Of a DNA stretch of 62,652 bases, positions 21,975 through 31,367 are shown piece by piece; positions within the stretch are counted from its first letter, which is position 1, and each line of letters begins with the position of its first letter. Source of the stretch: Deltaproteobacteria bacterium (GTDB taxonomy: Bacteria; Desulfobacterota; GWC2-55-46; UBA9637); the NCBI GenBank assembly GCA_016219285.1, contig JACRNJ010000060.1:1-62652 (forward strand), read 5' to 3'. The notes below the pieces were generated by a model, which did not search any database, was not told where the DNA came from, and was given only the letters and a program-made list of their open reading frames with translations. Both the position numbers and the translations under genes were made by a program.

Positions 21975-22020
21975 GTCTTCTCCTTTTCTTTGAAGTATGT
22001 ATACATTTTGCAGCATTTAA

Positions 22021-22196
22021 AGTTCACGCTCAAAAATTGCCCAGATGCAAGGCGATTGTAGTCTGCCGATTTATCGGCGCTTTTAAAAACGCCCATAAAT
22101 GGGCAATCTACAGGTATGTTGAGCGAAGAAGCAGCAGCGACAACGTCGCGGGCGCCCATGACAGAGTCATGGGTCAGGCATTTCTCAACATGAACT
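22021..22196 (+). repeat. MITE-like element family B copy 1 with nested GTAG..CTAC REP doublet (22058-22111)
   Basis: Imperfect ~20-bp TIRs AGTTCACGCTCAAAAATTGCC / GGCATTTCTCAACATGAACT; CCAGATGCAAGGCG core; near-copy at 35622-35770. Confidence 0.8.
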
Positions 22197-22198
22197 AG

Positions 22199-22663
22199 TT
22201 ACTCCTCAAACACCTCCACCTTGCATGGCGCCCTTTCAGCAAGTTCATCAACCATTGATTTTGAAAAGTATTTTAAAAATACCGACCGTTTTCTTTTTAT
22301 TGCAACCGCCGTATCAATCTTGTATCTTCCAATTACCTCAATGGCCTTTTCAACAAAATCGCCCTGTGTTGTGACTGCGTCAAAATCAACATTCTCTTCC
22401 ATCGCCCTTATCTGAACCTTGCCCATCTCTTCGTAGCCGCGCTGACGATATTCCTTCATTATGGCCTCTGTAAGCTGAGTTGAAGGCTTGTCTCCGATAA
22501 AACCTATGTCGGTAAATTTATCAAACACCTCATTGGTAAGTTCAGTCTCAATTATATAAAGGACAACAAGTTTTGCCTTTTCTTTCTTAGCCAAATGAAC
22601 AGAATACTCTATTGCATCTTCTGATGTCCTTGATGTGGAGAGTATGAGAAGTATGTTTTTCAT
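22199..22663 (-). CDS. universal stress protein (USP family)
   Basis: MKNILL..S..SEDAIEY, C-terminal AERAPCKVEV. Confidence 0.8.
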   Translation of the reverse strand: MKNILLILSTSRTSEDAIEYSVHLAKKEKAKLVVLYIIETELTNEVFDKFTDIGFIGDKPSTQLTEAIMKEYRQRGYEEMGKVQIRAMEENVDFDAVTTQGDFVEKAIEVIGRYKIDTAVAIKRKRSVFLKYFSKSMVDELAERAPCKVEVFEE

Positions 22664-22682
22664 TTGAAATCCTATGAACAAC

Positions 22683-22787
22683 GTAGTTGCCCAATTTATT
22701 GGGCGGTTTTGTAACTCAAGGCTTTAGCTTTGAGAAATCTCAAACCTGAAGGTTTGAGTTACAACCGCCGATAAATCGGCAAACTAC
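22683..22787. repeat. REP-like doublet (GTAGTTGCCC..GGCAAACTAC) enclosing a second doublet (TGTAACTCAA..TTGAGTTACA, 22710-22763)
   Basis: Two nested pairs of hairpins with GTAG/GTAA tetranucleotide ends. The terminal CTAC supplies the transporter's TAG stop. Confidence 0.85.
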
Positions 22788-24211
22788 AATTTTATTCCTA
22801 TCATCGGCCAATAAAATCTGGCTGTCATATTAAATACTACCCATGCCAGTATCATCATGACAATCCCTGCCTTTGCCATATCCTTTGTAGTTATGTAACC
22901 CGATGAAACCGCTATAGCATTTGCAGGTGTTGCCATTGGGAAGCAAAAAGCTAATCCTGCCGGAACCGCAATCGCATAGGTAATAAGCTTTGGCTCTATG
23001 TTAAATTGAGAAGCCATGCCTATGCCAACTGGCAGCAAGATTGCTATAACAGCGGCATTACTCATGCCTTCAGTAAGAAGTATTGTTAAAAGAGAAAATA
23101 TGGCTATAACCAATAAAGGGCTGTTTGCCCAATCGCCGATAATCGTATTTGCTATCCACGCTGCAGCGCCTGACTTTTCCATTGATGCGCCAAGTGTTAT
23201 AGCGCCGCCATACATAAGGATTATACCCCAGTTTACATACTCCTCAATATCCTTCCACCTTACCAGCTTTAATATAAAAAGGGCTACAACAGAAACAATG
23301 GCTATATTGGCAATACCGAGGCTTTTGCCAAAAAACAGCCAAAACAGTATTGTTATTATCATTACAAAACCCACAGCATATTCCATATATCCTGTCTTCC
23401 CAATCTCCTTCATTTTTCTTTCAAACACGGATTTTGCCAGATGTATATCTTCTATATCCGATGGAAAAAATCTGGTGAGCCAAAAATAGCCTATCAGGAG
23501 CATTATCAGCACGGTTGGAAACACCATCACAGTATATTCAAAGAAATCAATATTTATGCCTGTAGCCTCTTTCAGCATACCGACAGCTAGTGGAACCCTT
23601 GCCCCTCCCAGAAATGTTGCAATACCGCCGATTATACATCCCCACGCAAGCGCAAGAAAAAGCGATTTTGCATAATTTGACTTCCCTGGCTTGAGATTTA
23701 AACCCTTTGCTATTTCAAGCACAATGGGAAAAAGCATTGCTGCCACCGCATGCTCTGACATAAAAAATGAAAGCACAGCAGCTAATATAAATATGCTGAA
23801 AACAAGGCCTGCCGGTGTATTCCCAAACCTATTCATGATAGCCAGAGCTATTCTGCTGGATAGCCCGGAATGCATAGCTGCGCCGGCAAGAATAAACGCG
23901 CCTAGTATAAAAAAAACCGCCTCGTTCCCGAACAGGGCATATGTCTCTTTCTTATCCAGTATTCCAAGCAGAGGCACTGTTACAATGGCCAGAAGGCTTG
24001 TTATGGCAAGGGGAAGCAGGCCTGTAACCCATAGGATAAGGCAAACAACAAATAAAGCAATTGCCCTTTGCCCTTGGATTGTCAATCCATCTGGTGTGGG
24101 AAGATTTATAATATAAAAGAAGAACAGCCCAGTTGCCAAGAAAAATACAGGTCTGAAACTTTTTAAGATAATAATAAGCCAAATGCGGCGCCTGTCTATC
24201 TGTACCTTCAT
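22784..24211 (-). CDS. DASS/SLC13-family anion:sodium symporter (possible sulfate/thiosulfate transporter)
   Basis: LPLAITSL, SGLSSRIA, IGGIATFLGG, TEGMSNAA, FPMATPANAI; many TMs. Confidence 0.85.
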   Translation of the reverse strand: MKVQIDRRRIWLIIILKSFRPVFFLATGLFFFYIINLPTPDGLTIQGQRAIALFVVCLILWVTGLLPLAITSLLAIVTVPLLGILDKKETYALFGNEAVFFILGAFILAGAAMHSGLSSRIALAIMNRFGNTPAGLVFSIFILAAVLSFFMSEHAVAAMLFPIVLEIAKGLNLKPGKSNYAKSLFLALAWGCIIGGIATFLGGARVPLAVGMLKEATGINIDFFEYTVMVFPTVLIMLLIGYFWLTRFFPSDIEDIHLAKSVFERKMKEIGKTGYMEYAVGFVMIITILFWLFFGKSLGIANIAIVSVVALFILKLVRWKDIEEYVNWGIILMYGGAITLGASMEKSGAAAWIANTIIGDWANSPLLVIAIFSLLTILLTEGMSNAAVIAILLPVGIGMASQFNIEPKLITYAIAVPAGLAFCFPMATPANAIAVSSGYITTKDMAKAGIVMMILAWVVFNMTARFYWPMIGIKL

Positions 24212-24233
24212 ATTTCTTTACTTGTTCCACAAG

Positions 24234-24333
24234 AATTGCAAAATGAAATTATGAATTCTAAACTGTAAATTTATTGAAATAAAGCGCTACCTTAAAATTT
24301 TCTTTTACAAATTTAAAACCTTAAATTTGCAAT
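24234..24333. repeat. degenerate inverted heptamer array
   Basis: aattgcaaaatgaaattatgaattctaaactgtaaa ... aattttcttttacaaatttaaaaccttaaatttgcaat; related to 55126-55209. Confidence 0.6.
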
Positions 24334-24370
24334 GCAGCATTATTTGAAATACTGCCTGCTGCATCCTCAA

Positions 24371-25606
24371 TCAGTCTGAGTGTTCCAGCTTCACCCTCAA
24401 TTTTCGCCGCAAAGTTGCCAAACTCCATGCTGCCTTTAATCCCAATCTGGATTTGTAAAAATTTTGTGCAAATGTTTGCATCCTCGCATTATCGTCAACA
24501 AAAAATCTTCCTTCTAACGGTGTTGTCACTACGCTTATGTCCCTAACCCAGCTGGTATTTATTTTGTTCGTTGTAACCGCCCTGTAAAGATAGCCGTATA
24601 CAGGCGCAATAACTTCGGTAGACGGCATCTTATAGTGCGGCAGTTTTGCCCTCGGCGACGGACGGTAGACAGGCAGTATCGGTATAACCCCCATATTTGT
24701 CAAAAAATCTATGCCTGTTACCGTGGATTCTATGGGTTCCAATCCAACAATCAGATGCGATGCGACAGTGCCGCTGGGAAATACAGTTGCGGCGTATTCC
24801 AGGGCATCAAGATGCCTTTTCCTGCCGATAATAGCAGCCCGGCCCGGGCATATATCTTCAAATAATTTCGGATCAAATATCTCCAAGTTATACAATACGG
24901 AATCCGCCCCTATTGCATAAGTCTCATCTATCCATTTATTTTCCTTTGGCGGAAGCGCCTCCACAGCAATCAGGGTATTAAAATGCTTTTTTATTGCCTT
25001 GATATACGGTTTCAGAAATTCTATACCGCCGTCAGCCGTTTCTGAAAAACCTATGGAGAGATATACAATTTCTGCCTTACCTTCCTTGTACGCAGCCTCA
25101 ACAGTTTCCAGCACATCTTCAACTGTATAAACACTTGCTTTTCCCTTCTTAATATCCGGATTTCCAGCACAGTACCTGCATTCTATCTCTTTATTAAAAA
25201 AATCACACTGGGTTGCAGGGGTTATTGCGACATGGCCGCCGTGAACAATGCCGATTTTTGACAACGAAATGCCTGTTGTCGTTTTAAGCCTGTAAAATTT
25301 AGGTGTTGGAACAACAGACACATTAACAGATTCGGCGCCTTCTCTTACAAAAAACTTACCCTCACTTTCTATCAGTTCATAAGGTGAATCATTAACAAAA
25401 TCATCAGCATACGGAACAGTCACCCATGTATTATGAGGCAGGATAATATCCAATCCGCATGTAATATTTGCAACATCACGGCATTTGTCCAGATTCGCCT
25501 TTTTCAGCGCCTTCCCATCAACCCTTATACCCTTGAGCATAAGTTCTACCTTAAGATAGCCAGGATTGTGGAGATATGTTTTAGTTTTTTCCTTCATGAT
25601 AGCCAT
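24371..25606 (-). CDS. radical SAM protein with noncanonical CX8CX2C motif (MSMEG_0568/NitD-like)
   Basis: TQCDFFNKEIECRYC; N-terminal LKVELMLKG..SPY..PKFY..T..G pattern; YNLEIFD...ICPG, SHLIVGLE. Confidence 0.75.
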   Translation of the reverse strand: MAIMKEKTKTYLHNPGYLKVELMLKGIRVDGKALKKANLDKCRDVANITCGLDIILPHNTWVTVPYADDFVNDSPYELIESEGKFFVREGAESVNVSVVPTPKFYRLKTTTGISLSKIGIVHGGHVAITPATQCDFFNKEIECRYCAGNPDIKKGKASVYTVEDVLETVEAAYKEGKAEIVYLSIGFSETADGGIEFLKPYIKAIKKHFNTLIAVEALPPKENKWIDETYAIGADSVLYNLEIFDPKLFEDICPGRAAIIGRKRHLDALEYAATVFPSGTVASHLIVGLEPIESTVTGIDFLTNMGVIPILPVYRPSPRAKLPHYKMPSTEVIAPVYGYLYRAVTTNKINTSWVRDISVVTTPLEGRFFVDDNARMQTFAQNFYKSRLGLKAAWSLATLRRKLRVKLEHSD

Positions 25607-25616
25607 AGGAAAGTAT

Positions 25617-25760
25617 GAAATTCCAAATTACAAATTTCAAATTTCAAATTTCAAATAAATCTCAATGACCAATACCCAAAAGTCTAAACAATATTTTGGG
25701 GTCATTTGGACATTGCAATTTGGAATTTATTTGTTATTTGGTGCTTGAAATTTGGTGCTT
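25617..25760. repeat. inverted heptamer array (AAATTTC)/(TTTGGAA)
   Basis: aaattccaaattacaaatttcaaatttcaaatttcaaat ... atttggaatttatttgttatttggtgcttgaaatttgg; related to 40193-40317. Confidence 0.85.
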
Positions 25761-26587
25761 TAAAAGCTATGCCCGCACTTTGCAGCTTGTATCTCGCATG
25801 CCTCTTCGTAAGTAATAAGTTCTTTAATGGTTGCCTTGTCGCTGCAAAGCGCGCATTCCGGGTCTCTCCTTACTTTCACCTTCCTGAAGTTCATGCCGAG
25901 CGCGTCAAAGATGAGCAGATGGCCTGCGAGACCGTTGCCGATGCCGAGAATTTCTTTGACGGTCTCGACCGCCTGAATAACCCCGACAACGCCTGCCAGC
26001 GCTCCAAGAACACCCGCCTCCTGACAGCTTGGCACAAGGCCTTTTGGCGGAGGTTCGGGATAAAGGCAGCGATAGCACGGCTGGCCTTCATGCGGTTTGA
26101 AGATGGTAACCTGTCCGTCAAACCTGAACATACTCCCTGATATCAATGTCTTCTTCTCAAAAAACGCCGCATCGTTCATCAAATATCTTGTAGGGAAATT
26201 GTCGCTTCCATCCAGAAGGATATCATAGTCTTTTATGATACCCCTTATGTTATCCGCATTCAGCCTTTCCTCGTAGGTTACAACATTTATGTCAGGGTTA
26301 ATGGCCTCAATAGATTTCTTGGCAGATAAGGCTTTATGCGTGCCGACCCTGCTGGTATCGTGAATTATCTGCCTCTGCAGATTACTCAAATCAACACAGT
26401 CTCCATCAGCTATGCCAATGGTGCCGACACCGGCAGCAGCCAGATATAGTAAGATAGGGGACCCAAGCCCTCCTGCGCCAAGCACAAAAACCTTTGAATT
26501 CAGAAGCTTGGCCTGCCCCTTTCCCCCAACCTCTGGAAGTATTATATGCCTGGAATAGCGCTCTATCTGTTCTTCAGTAAAGTTCAT
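25760..26587 (-). CDS. MoeB/ThiF-family adenylyltransferase (E1-like, no rhodanese domain)
   Basis: RYSRHIILPEVG, GAGGLG, SNLQRQ, DNFPTRY, CYRC and CALC Zn sites. Confidence 0.93.
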   Translation of the reverse strand: MNFTEEQIERYSRHIILPEVGGKGQAKLLNSKVFVLGAGGLGSPILLYLAAAGVGTIGIADGDCVDLSNLQRQIIHDTSRVGTHKALSAKKSIEAINPDINVVTYEERLNADNIRGIIKDYDILLDGSDNFPTRYLMNDAAFFEKKTLISGSMFRFDGQVTIFKPHEGQPCYRCLYPEPPPKGLVPSCQEAGVLGALAGVVGVIQAVETVKEILGIGNGLAGHLLIFDALGMNFRKVKVRRDPECALCSDKATIKELITYEEACEIQAAKCGHSF

Positions 26588-26588
26588 A

Positions 26589-26663
26589 TCAGTTATCAGT
26601 TGTAAGATTAAAGATTAAAGTTGTAAGTTGAAACTTAAATCTTACAACCTAAAACTTTCAACT
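26589..26663. repeat. inverted heptamer array
   Basis: agttatcagttgtaagattaaagattaaagttgtaagttg ... aacttaaatcttacaacctaaaactttcaact. Confidence 0.8.
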
Positions 26664-27107
26664 TACTCTTACCTCCTCCTCTTTAAATGCTTCTTTCTCA
26701 TCCTCAAATGTCCATGATTTGACCGAAGCAGTTTTTCCATTCTGGACAGAAATAATTACATACGAATACAATGGCCATGCCCTTTCCCTGTCAAAAGAAG
26801 ACGGCCTGTCTGGATGGTCTGGATGAGAGTGATAAAAACCAATTATCTCCAGACCGTTTAATGAAGCTTCTTTTTCTACCTGTAATAACTCTTTCGGATT
26901 TATTTCATATCTGTCATTTGCCCTGTCCTTATTCATATTTTCCAACCTGCGGGACTTCAAAACATTTTTTCCAATCCCTGACCTCTGAGCGCTCTCTCCT
27001 ACCCCTTGCTTTTGCTCCCCAACCAGTGCACCACAGGCTTCGTGGGGATAGGATTCCTCGGCATGGCTGATTATTTCATTATAAATTTCTTTAGAAAAAT
27101 AAAGCAT
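26658..27107 (-). CDS. Mov34/MPN/JAB metallopeptidase (Mec-like CysO-cysteine peptidase)
   Basis: YPHEACG, GFYHSHPDHPDRPSSFD JAMM motif. Confidence 0.92.
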   Translation of the reverse strand: MLYFSKEIYNEIISHAEESYPHEACGALVGEQKQGVGESAQRSGIGKNVLKSRRLENMNKDRANDRYEINPKELLQVEKEASLNGLEIIGFYHSHPDHPDRPSSFDRERAWPLYSYVIISVQNGKTASVKSWTFEDEKEAFKEEEVRVS

Positions 27108-27117
27108 TTTTAAATAT

Positions 27118-27187
27118 AGGTTAAGGCTGAGGTTAAGGTTGAGGATAAAGATTTGTCCTTCTTAACCTAAACCTTAACCTCAACCTT
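27118..27187. repeat. inverted hexamer array (AGGTTA/AGGTTG)/(TAACCT)
   Basis: aggttaaggctgaggttaaggttgagg ... cttaacctaaaccttaacctcaacct. Confidence 0.9.
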
Positions 27188-27191
27188 GTTT

Positions 27192-28142
27192 TTAATCCCA
27201 CAACCTCGTAGACAAATACCTGTCTCCGCCATCAGGAAACAGAACTACTATAACCCCTTGCTTTAACTTCTTTGCCACTTCAAGGGTGCTCCACATGGCA
27301 GCACCTGATGATTGGCCGACAAAAAGCCCTTCCTCCCGTGCAAGCCTCTTTGCCATATCATATGACTCCTCAGTTGGCGCAGATATCTTGCTGTCAAGTT
27401 TTTCAGGATGATATATGCCTGGGACTATGGATGTAGCCATATGTTTCAAACCTTCAAGACCGTGCAGCGGGGTTGCAGGCTCTATCTGTATTATCTGTAT
27501 ATCAGGGTTAAACTCTTTAAGCCTTCTGCCTGTGCCCATGATAGTACCGCTTGTTCCGATGCTTGCTACAAAATGGGTGATTTTGCCGCCTGTCTGCTCT
27601 ATTATCTCCGGACCTGTGGTATCATAATGCGCCTGAGGATTAGACGGATTATTATACTGGTCAAGCTTGCAGTATTTATCAGGGCTTTCCACATAGAGTT
27701 TCCATGCAAGCCTTATAGCGCCGTCAGAACCTTCCAGTGGATTAGAAAACACAACCTTGGCGCCAAATGCCTTTAATATCTTCTTTCTCTCTTCACTCAC
27801 ATTTGCAGGCACAACCAACTCAACAGCATAACCTTTTACAGCGCCAATCCATGCATATGCAATACCGGTATTACCTGATGTTGAATCAAGGATTATCTTA
27901 TCTTTTGTAAGCCTGCCTGCCTTTTCTGCATCCTCTATCATCCTCTTTGCCGCCCTGTCTTTTACAGAGCCGCCTGGATTATAACTCTCAAGTTTTGCAT
28001 AAACCTCTACATATTCCGGCAGATGTTTTGCAATTCTATTTATCTTAATGAGGGGGGTGTTGCCAACCATGTCGACAATAGACTGCTTTGGCGAACTTAA
28101 ATCCCATTTGGTTTGCGGTAAATCAGAAGTAAGCCTGCTCAC
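27192..28142 (-). CDS. cysM: PLP-dependent cysteine synthase (CysM-type)
   Basis: GNTPL, KLESYNPGGSVKDR, TSGNTG, GTSGT, GQSSGAA, DGGDRYLS. Confidence 0.9.
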   Translation of the reverse strand: MSRLTSDLPQTKWDLSSPKQSIVDMVGNTPLIKINRIAKHLPEYVEVYAKLESYNPGGSVKDRAAKRMIEDAEKAGRLTKDKIILDSTSGNTGIAYAWIGAVKGYAVELVVPANVSEERKKILKAFGAKVVFSNPLEGSDGAIRLAWKLYVESPDKYCKLDQYNNPSNPQAHYDTTGPEIIEQTGGKITHFVASIGTSGTIMGTGRRLKEFNPDIQIIQIEPATPLHGLEGLKHMATSIVPGIYHPEKLDSKISAPTEESYDMAKRLAREEGLFVGQSSGAAMWSTLEVAKKLKQGVIVVLFPDGGDRYLSTRLWD

Positions 28143-28177
28143 AATTTATATATCTCCAAAAAATATATTAAAAGTTG

Positions 28178-28266
28178 ACCATTGACAAAATAACTGATTT
28201 TATCTTTACAATAAAATCACAAAACGAGGTTTAGTCACAGACTAAACATCCTATTTTGTCAATGGT
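28178..28266. repeat. 89-bp element bounded by 15-bp perfect inverted repeats
   Basis: ACCATTGACAAAATA ... TATTTTGTCAATGGT with internal GTTTAGTC-ACA-GACTAAAC hairpin. Confidence 0.75.
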
Positions 28267-28279
28267 TGAGTCTTTTACT

Positions 28280-28308
28280 CTTGTATAATACTTTAGTATA
28301 TTTGTCAA
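28280..28308 (-). promoter_or_regulatory. putative sigma70 promoter of the cysM operon
   Basis: Minus strand TTGACA-17 nt-TACAAG; spacer contains the palindrome ATACT-AA-AGTAT. Confidence 0.45.
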
Positions 28309-28456
28309 GATAAAATTAGCCTCTTTTTTGCCTCTTTTATATCTTACTTATAAACTCAACAATATCTGAAACAATTTAAAAAGGCCTAATACAATTAACA
28401 TATTAGGCCCGATTCTGAATAAGTTACCGGTAATGAAATAAAGAAAGATTATAGCC

Positions 28457-29293
28457 CTAACCCCTATTTTTCACAGCTTCTATCACCTTTTCTATTATCC
28501 AGTTCGGGGTAGAAGCGCCGGCAGTTATACCTACATTTTTTGCGCCGTTAAAATGTATTTGATTTAACTCCTCCGGCACCTCTATATGATAGGTTTTAGG
28601 CTGAATCTTTCTGCAAATCTCCGCCAGGCGGTTGGTATTTGCGCTGTTCCTGCCGCCGACTACAATCATGCAGTCCACTTGTTTTGCAAGCTCTATTGAT
28701 TCCTGCTGCCTCACAGATGTTGCATTACATATGGTATTAAATATCTTAAGCTCTGATGCTTTTTTGAGGCAGTGGGCGACTACCGCCTGAAGGTTTTCTA
28801 TGGATTGGGTTGTCTGCGCCACTATGCCTATCTTTTTCCTTCTCGGCATATGCTTTAAATCTTCTACAGAAGCGGCTGCAATTATATCCTTTGCGCCGTA
28901 ACTCAAAATACCCCTGACCTCAGGATGCTCCTTTTCCCCCACAACAATCACGGAATACCCTTCTCTTGTTAACAACTCTACATAGTCATGGGTCTTTTTA
29001 ACAAAAGGACATGTTGCATCAACAACCTTGAGCCTCTTTTCTCTTATAGTCGCCATTTCATGCGATGTAACTCCGTGAGAGCGCACTATAACAGTCCCAT
29101 TATTTATTTCTTCAACCTTATCTGCCTTGGATATGCCCGACTCCTCCAACTCTTTAACAACCTGAGGGTTATGAATAATCGGGCCGAGTGTATAAATATT
29201 GCCGTTGGCCTCTTTGACACAATCATGAGCCAGATTTATCGCCCTCTTAACCCCAAAGCAAAACCCTGCATTTTTAGCAACAAGTATTTCCAT
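28457..29293 (-). CDS. ispH: 4-hydroxy-3-methylbut-2-enyl diphosphate reductase
   Basis: GFCFGVKRA, IIHNP, DATCPFV, AQTT, TICNAT, GITAGASTP. Confidence 0.97.
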   Translation of the reverse strand: MEILVAKNAGFCFGVKRAINLAHDCVKEANGNIYTLGPIIHNPQVVKELEESGISKADKVEEINNGTVIVRSHGVTSHEMATIREKRLKVVDATCPFVKKTHDYVELLTREGYSVIVVGEKEHPEVRGILSYGAKDIIAAASVEDLKHMPRRKKIGIVAQTTQSIENLQAVVAHCLKKASELKIFNTICNATSVRQQESIELAKQVDCMIVVGGRNSANTNRLAEICRKIQPKTYHIEVPEELNQIHFNGAKNVGITAGASTPNWIIEKVIEAVKNRG

Positions 29294-29314
29294 AATACGA
29301 TTTATGATTTAAAT

Positions 29315-30025
29315 CTAAAATATTTTTCTTTGCTTTATTATTTCCAACATCTTTGCGACTACTTCTCTTATTGTCATATCGCTTGTATCTATATACACAG
29401 CGTCGTCCGCCTTTTTTAACGGCGCATGTTCCCGCGTGGAATCCATCAGGTCTCTTTTCTTTTCATCTTCAATGATTTTTTCAAGCGAAACATCTTGCCC
29501 TTTTTCCTGTAATTCCGAATGGCGCCTTTTACCGCGAACCTCCGGAGACGCATCTATATAAAACTTGATATCTGCATCCGGAAAAACAACTGTGCCGATG
29601 TCTCTGCCTTCCATTATAACAGAACCTTTTGCTGCAAGTAAACGTTGAAGCCTGACCATTGCATCACGTACAGCTTTTTTGGATGACACCTTGGAAGAAA
29701 GTTGGCTTACAAAAGACGTTCGTATCTTTTCGGAATAATCATCGCCATCAATGGATATCCTGTTTATTCCATTTTTATTTTCGAAACACAAATTTATCTT
29801 TGAACAAAAATCTTTTAATACATTTGTATCCTCAATATCAATTACAAGCTCGTGCATCTTGAGCGCAACAGCGCGATACATGGCGCCTGTGTCAATGTAG
29901 GTGTAGGCTAATTCCTTTGCCAGAAGTTTTGCCAATGTGGATTTGCCCGAACCGGCAGGTCCGTCTATGGCGATGATATGCCCGGGACGCGATTTTCGAT
30001 TTTCGATTTTCGATTTTTGATTCAT
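29315..30025 (-). CDS. cmk: cytidylate kinase (N-terminus encoded by a CGATTTT heptamer array)
   Basis: IAIDGPAGSGKST, DTGAMYR, EGRDIGTVVFP. Confidence 0.96.
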   Translation of the reverse strand: MNQKSKIENRKSRPGHIIAIDGPAGSGKSTLAKLLAKELAYTYIDTGAMYRAVALKMHELVIDIEDTNVLKDFCSKINLCFENKNGINRISIDGDDYSEKIRTSFVSQLSSKVSSKKAVRDAMVRLQRLLAAKGSVIMEGRDIGTVVFPDADIKFYIDASPEVRGKRRHSELQEKGQDVSLEKIIEDEKKRDLMDSTREHAPLKKADDAVYIDTSDMTIREVVAKMLEIIKQRKIF

Positions 30026-31335
30026 TCCTGCGATTCAGAAACAGCGCATCCGAGACCGGAAAGCGTTTTGACAAAACCGGGAAACGATGTGTCTATGCAG
30101 TCTGTATTTGAAACAGTTATCCCTTTTTCTACTGCCAGCCCCGCAACAATCATAGACATAGCAACCCTGTGGTCGCCCCAGCTTGTGCAACTGTCATTCC
30201 CTATTGGTTTTTTCCCGCCTTCTATAGTCATACCATCTTGCAACGGAGTAACCTTAACGCCTATCTTCCTAAGTTCACTTGTCATTGATTCAATCCTGTC
30301 TGTCTCCTTTACCTTTAGTTCTTTAGCATCTTTTATGGTCGTGATTCCATCCGCAAATGCAGCGGCAACGGCAATAACTGGCAATTCATCAATGGCCCTC
30401 GGAATTATATCTCCCTTTATCTCTATGCCTTTGAGCCTGCTTGATTTTATAAGAATATCTCCGACAGGTTCGCCGGAAATTTCTCTTTGATTTGCTATTT
30501 TCAGATCTCCGCCCATTGCCTGTAATATATCAATAATCCCTGTCCTTGTTGGATTTATGCCGGCATTTTTTATCAGCAGCTCCGAATCCTTTGTGATAAG
30601 CGCGGCAACCATAAAAAATGCGGCAGACGAAATATCGCCCGGGACTTCAATCTTCTTGCCTACAAGTTTCTGCCCGCCCTTGATGCTGACGGTTGCTCCA
30701 TTGCGTTTTACATCTGCGCCGAAATATGCAAGCATTCGTTCCGTGTGGTCTCTTGAAATGGTCGGCTCAATAACGGTAGTAACTCCGTCTGCATAGAGAC
30801 CTGCCATAAGGATGGCGGATTTTATCTGTGCGCTGGCAACCGGAGAATTGTAAGTCATCCCCTTCAGTTTTGAGCCAACAATAGCAAGAGGCGCCTTATT
30901 CCCATCCTCCCGTCCGAATATCTTAGCGCCCATTAGGTTCAATGGTTCCACAACCCTTTTCATCGGCCTCTTTCTCAGATATTGATCTCCGGTGAGGACA
31001 GAAAAAAACTTCTGGCCTGAAAGCAGCCCTGTTAAAAGTCTCATGGTGGTTCCAGAATTTCCCGCGTCTATAAAATCTTCCGGCTCTTTCAGTCCGTGAA
31101 GGCCCTTGCCCTGAATGGCAACTATACCGTTTTCATGCTCATCAATGCGAATTCCCATCTGCCTGAAGGCCTTGAGCGTAGCCATATTGTCTTCGCCCTT
31201 CAAAAGCCCTTTTATTGTCGTATCCCCTTCTGCAATAGAACCGAGCATAATCGCCCTGTGAGAGATGCTCTTGTCCCCCGGAACGGTTATCTCGCCCTTG
31301 AGGGATTGGGTTTTTTTTATGGTTATGGATTTCAT
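30022..31335 (-). CDS. aroA: 3-phosphoshikimate 1-carboxyvinyltransferase
   Basis: PGDKSISHR, GNSGTT, ASAQIKS, RDHTE, KETDRI, DHRVAM. Confidence 0.97.
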   Translation of the reverse strand: MKSITIKKTQSLKGEITVPGDKSISHRAIMLGSIAEGDTTIKGLLKGEDNMATLKAFRQMGIRIDEHENGIVAIQGKGLHGLKEPEDFIDAGNSGTTMRLLTGLLSGQKFFSVLTGDQYLRKRPMKRVVEPLNLMGAKIFGREDGNKAPLAIVGSKLKGMTYNSPVASAQIKSAILMAGLYADGVTTVIEPTISRDHTERMLAYFGADVKRNGATVSIKGGQKLVGKKIEVPGDISSAAFFMVAALITKDSELLIKNAGINPTRTGIIDILQAMGGDLKIANQREISGEPVGDILIKSSRLKGIEIKGDIIPRAIDELPVIAVAAAFADGITTIKDAKELKVKETDRIESMTSELRKIGVKVTPLQDGMTIEGGKKPIGNDSCTSWGDHRVAMSMIVAGLAVEKGITVSNTDCIDTSFPGFVKTLSGLGCAVSESQE

Positions 31336-31367
31336 AAGATGGCCGCGCCTGCAGAAAAACTGCTTTT

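Noticed and set aside
24212-28456. Hidden ThiS/MoaD/CysO sulfur-carrier gene
   Set aside because: Internal gaps are short and filled by repeats; no ~65-95 aa ORF with a C-terminal GG was found.
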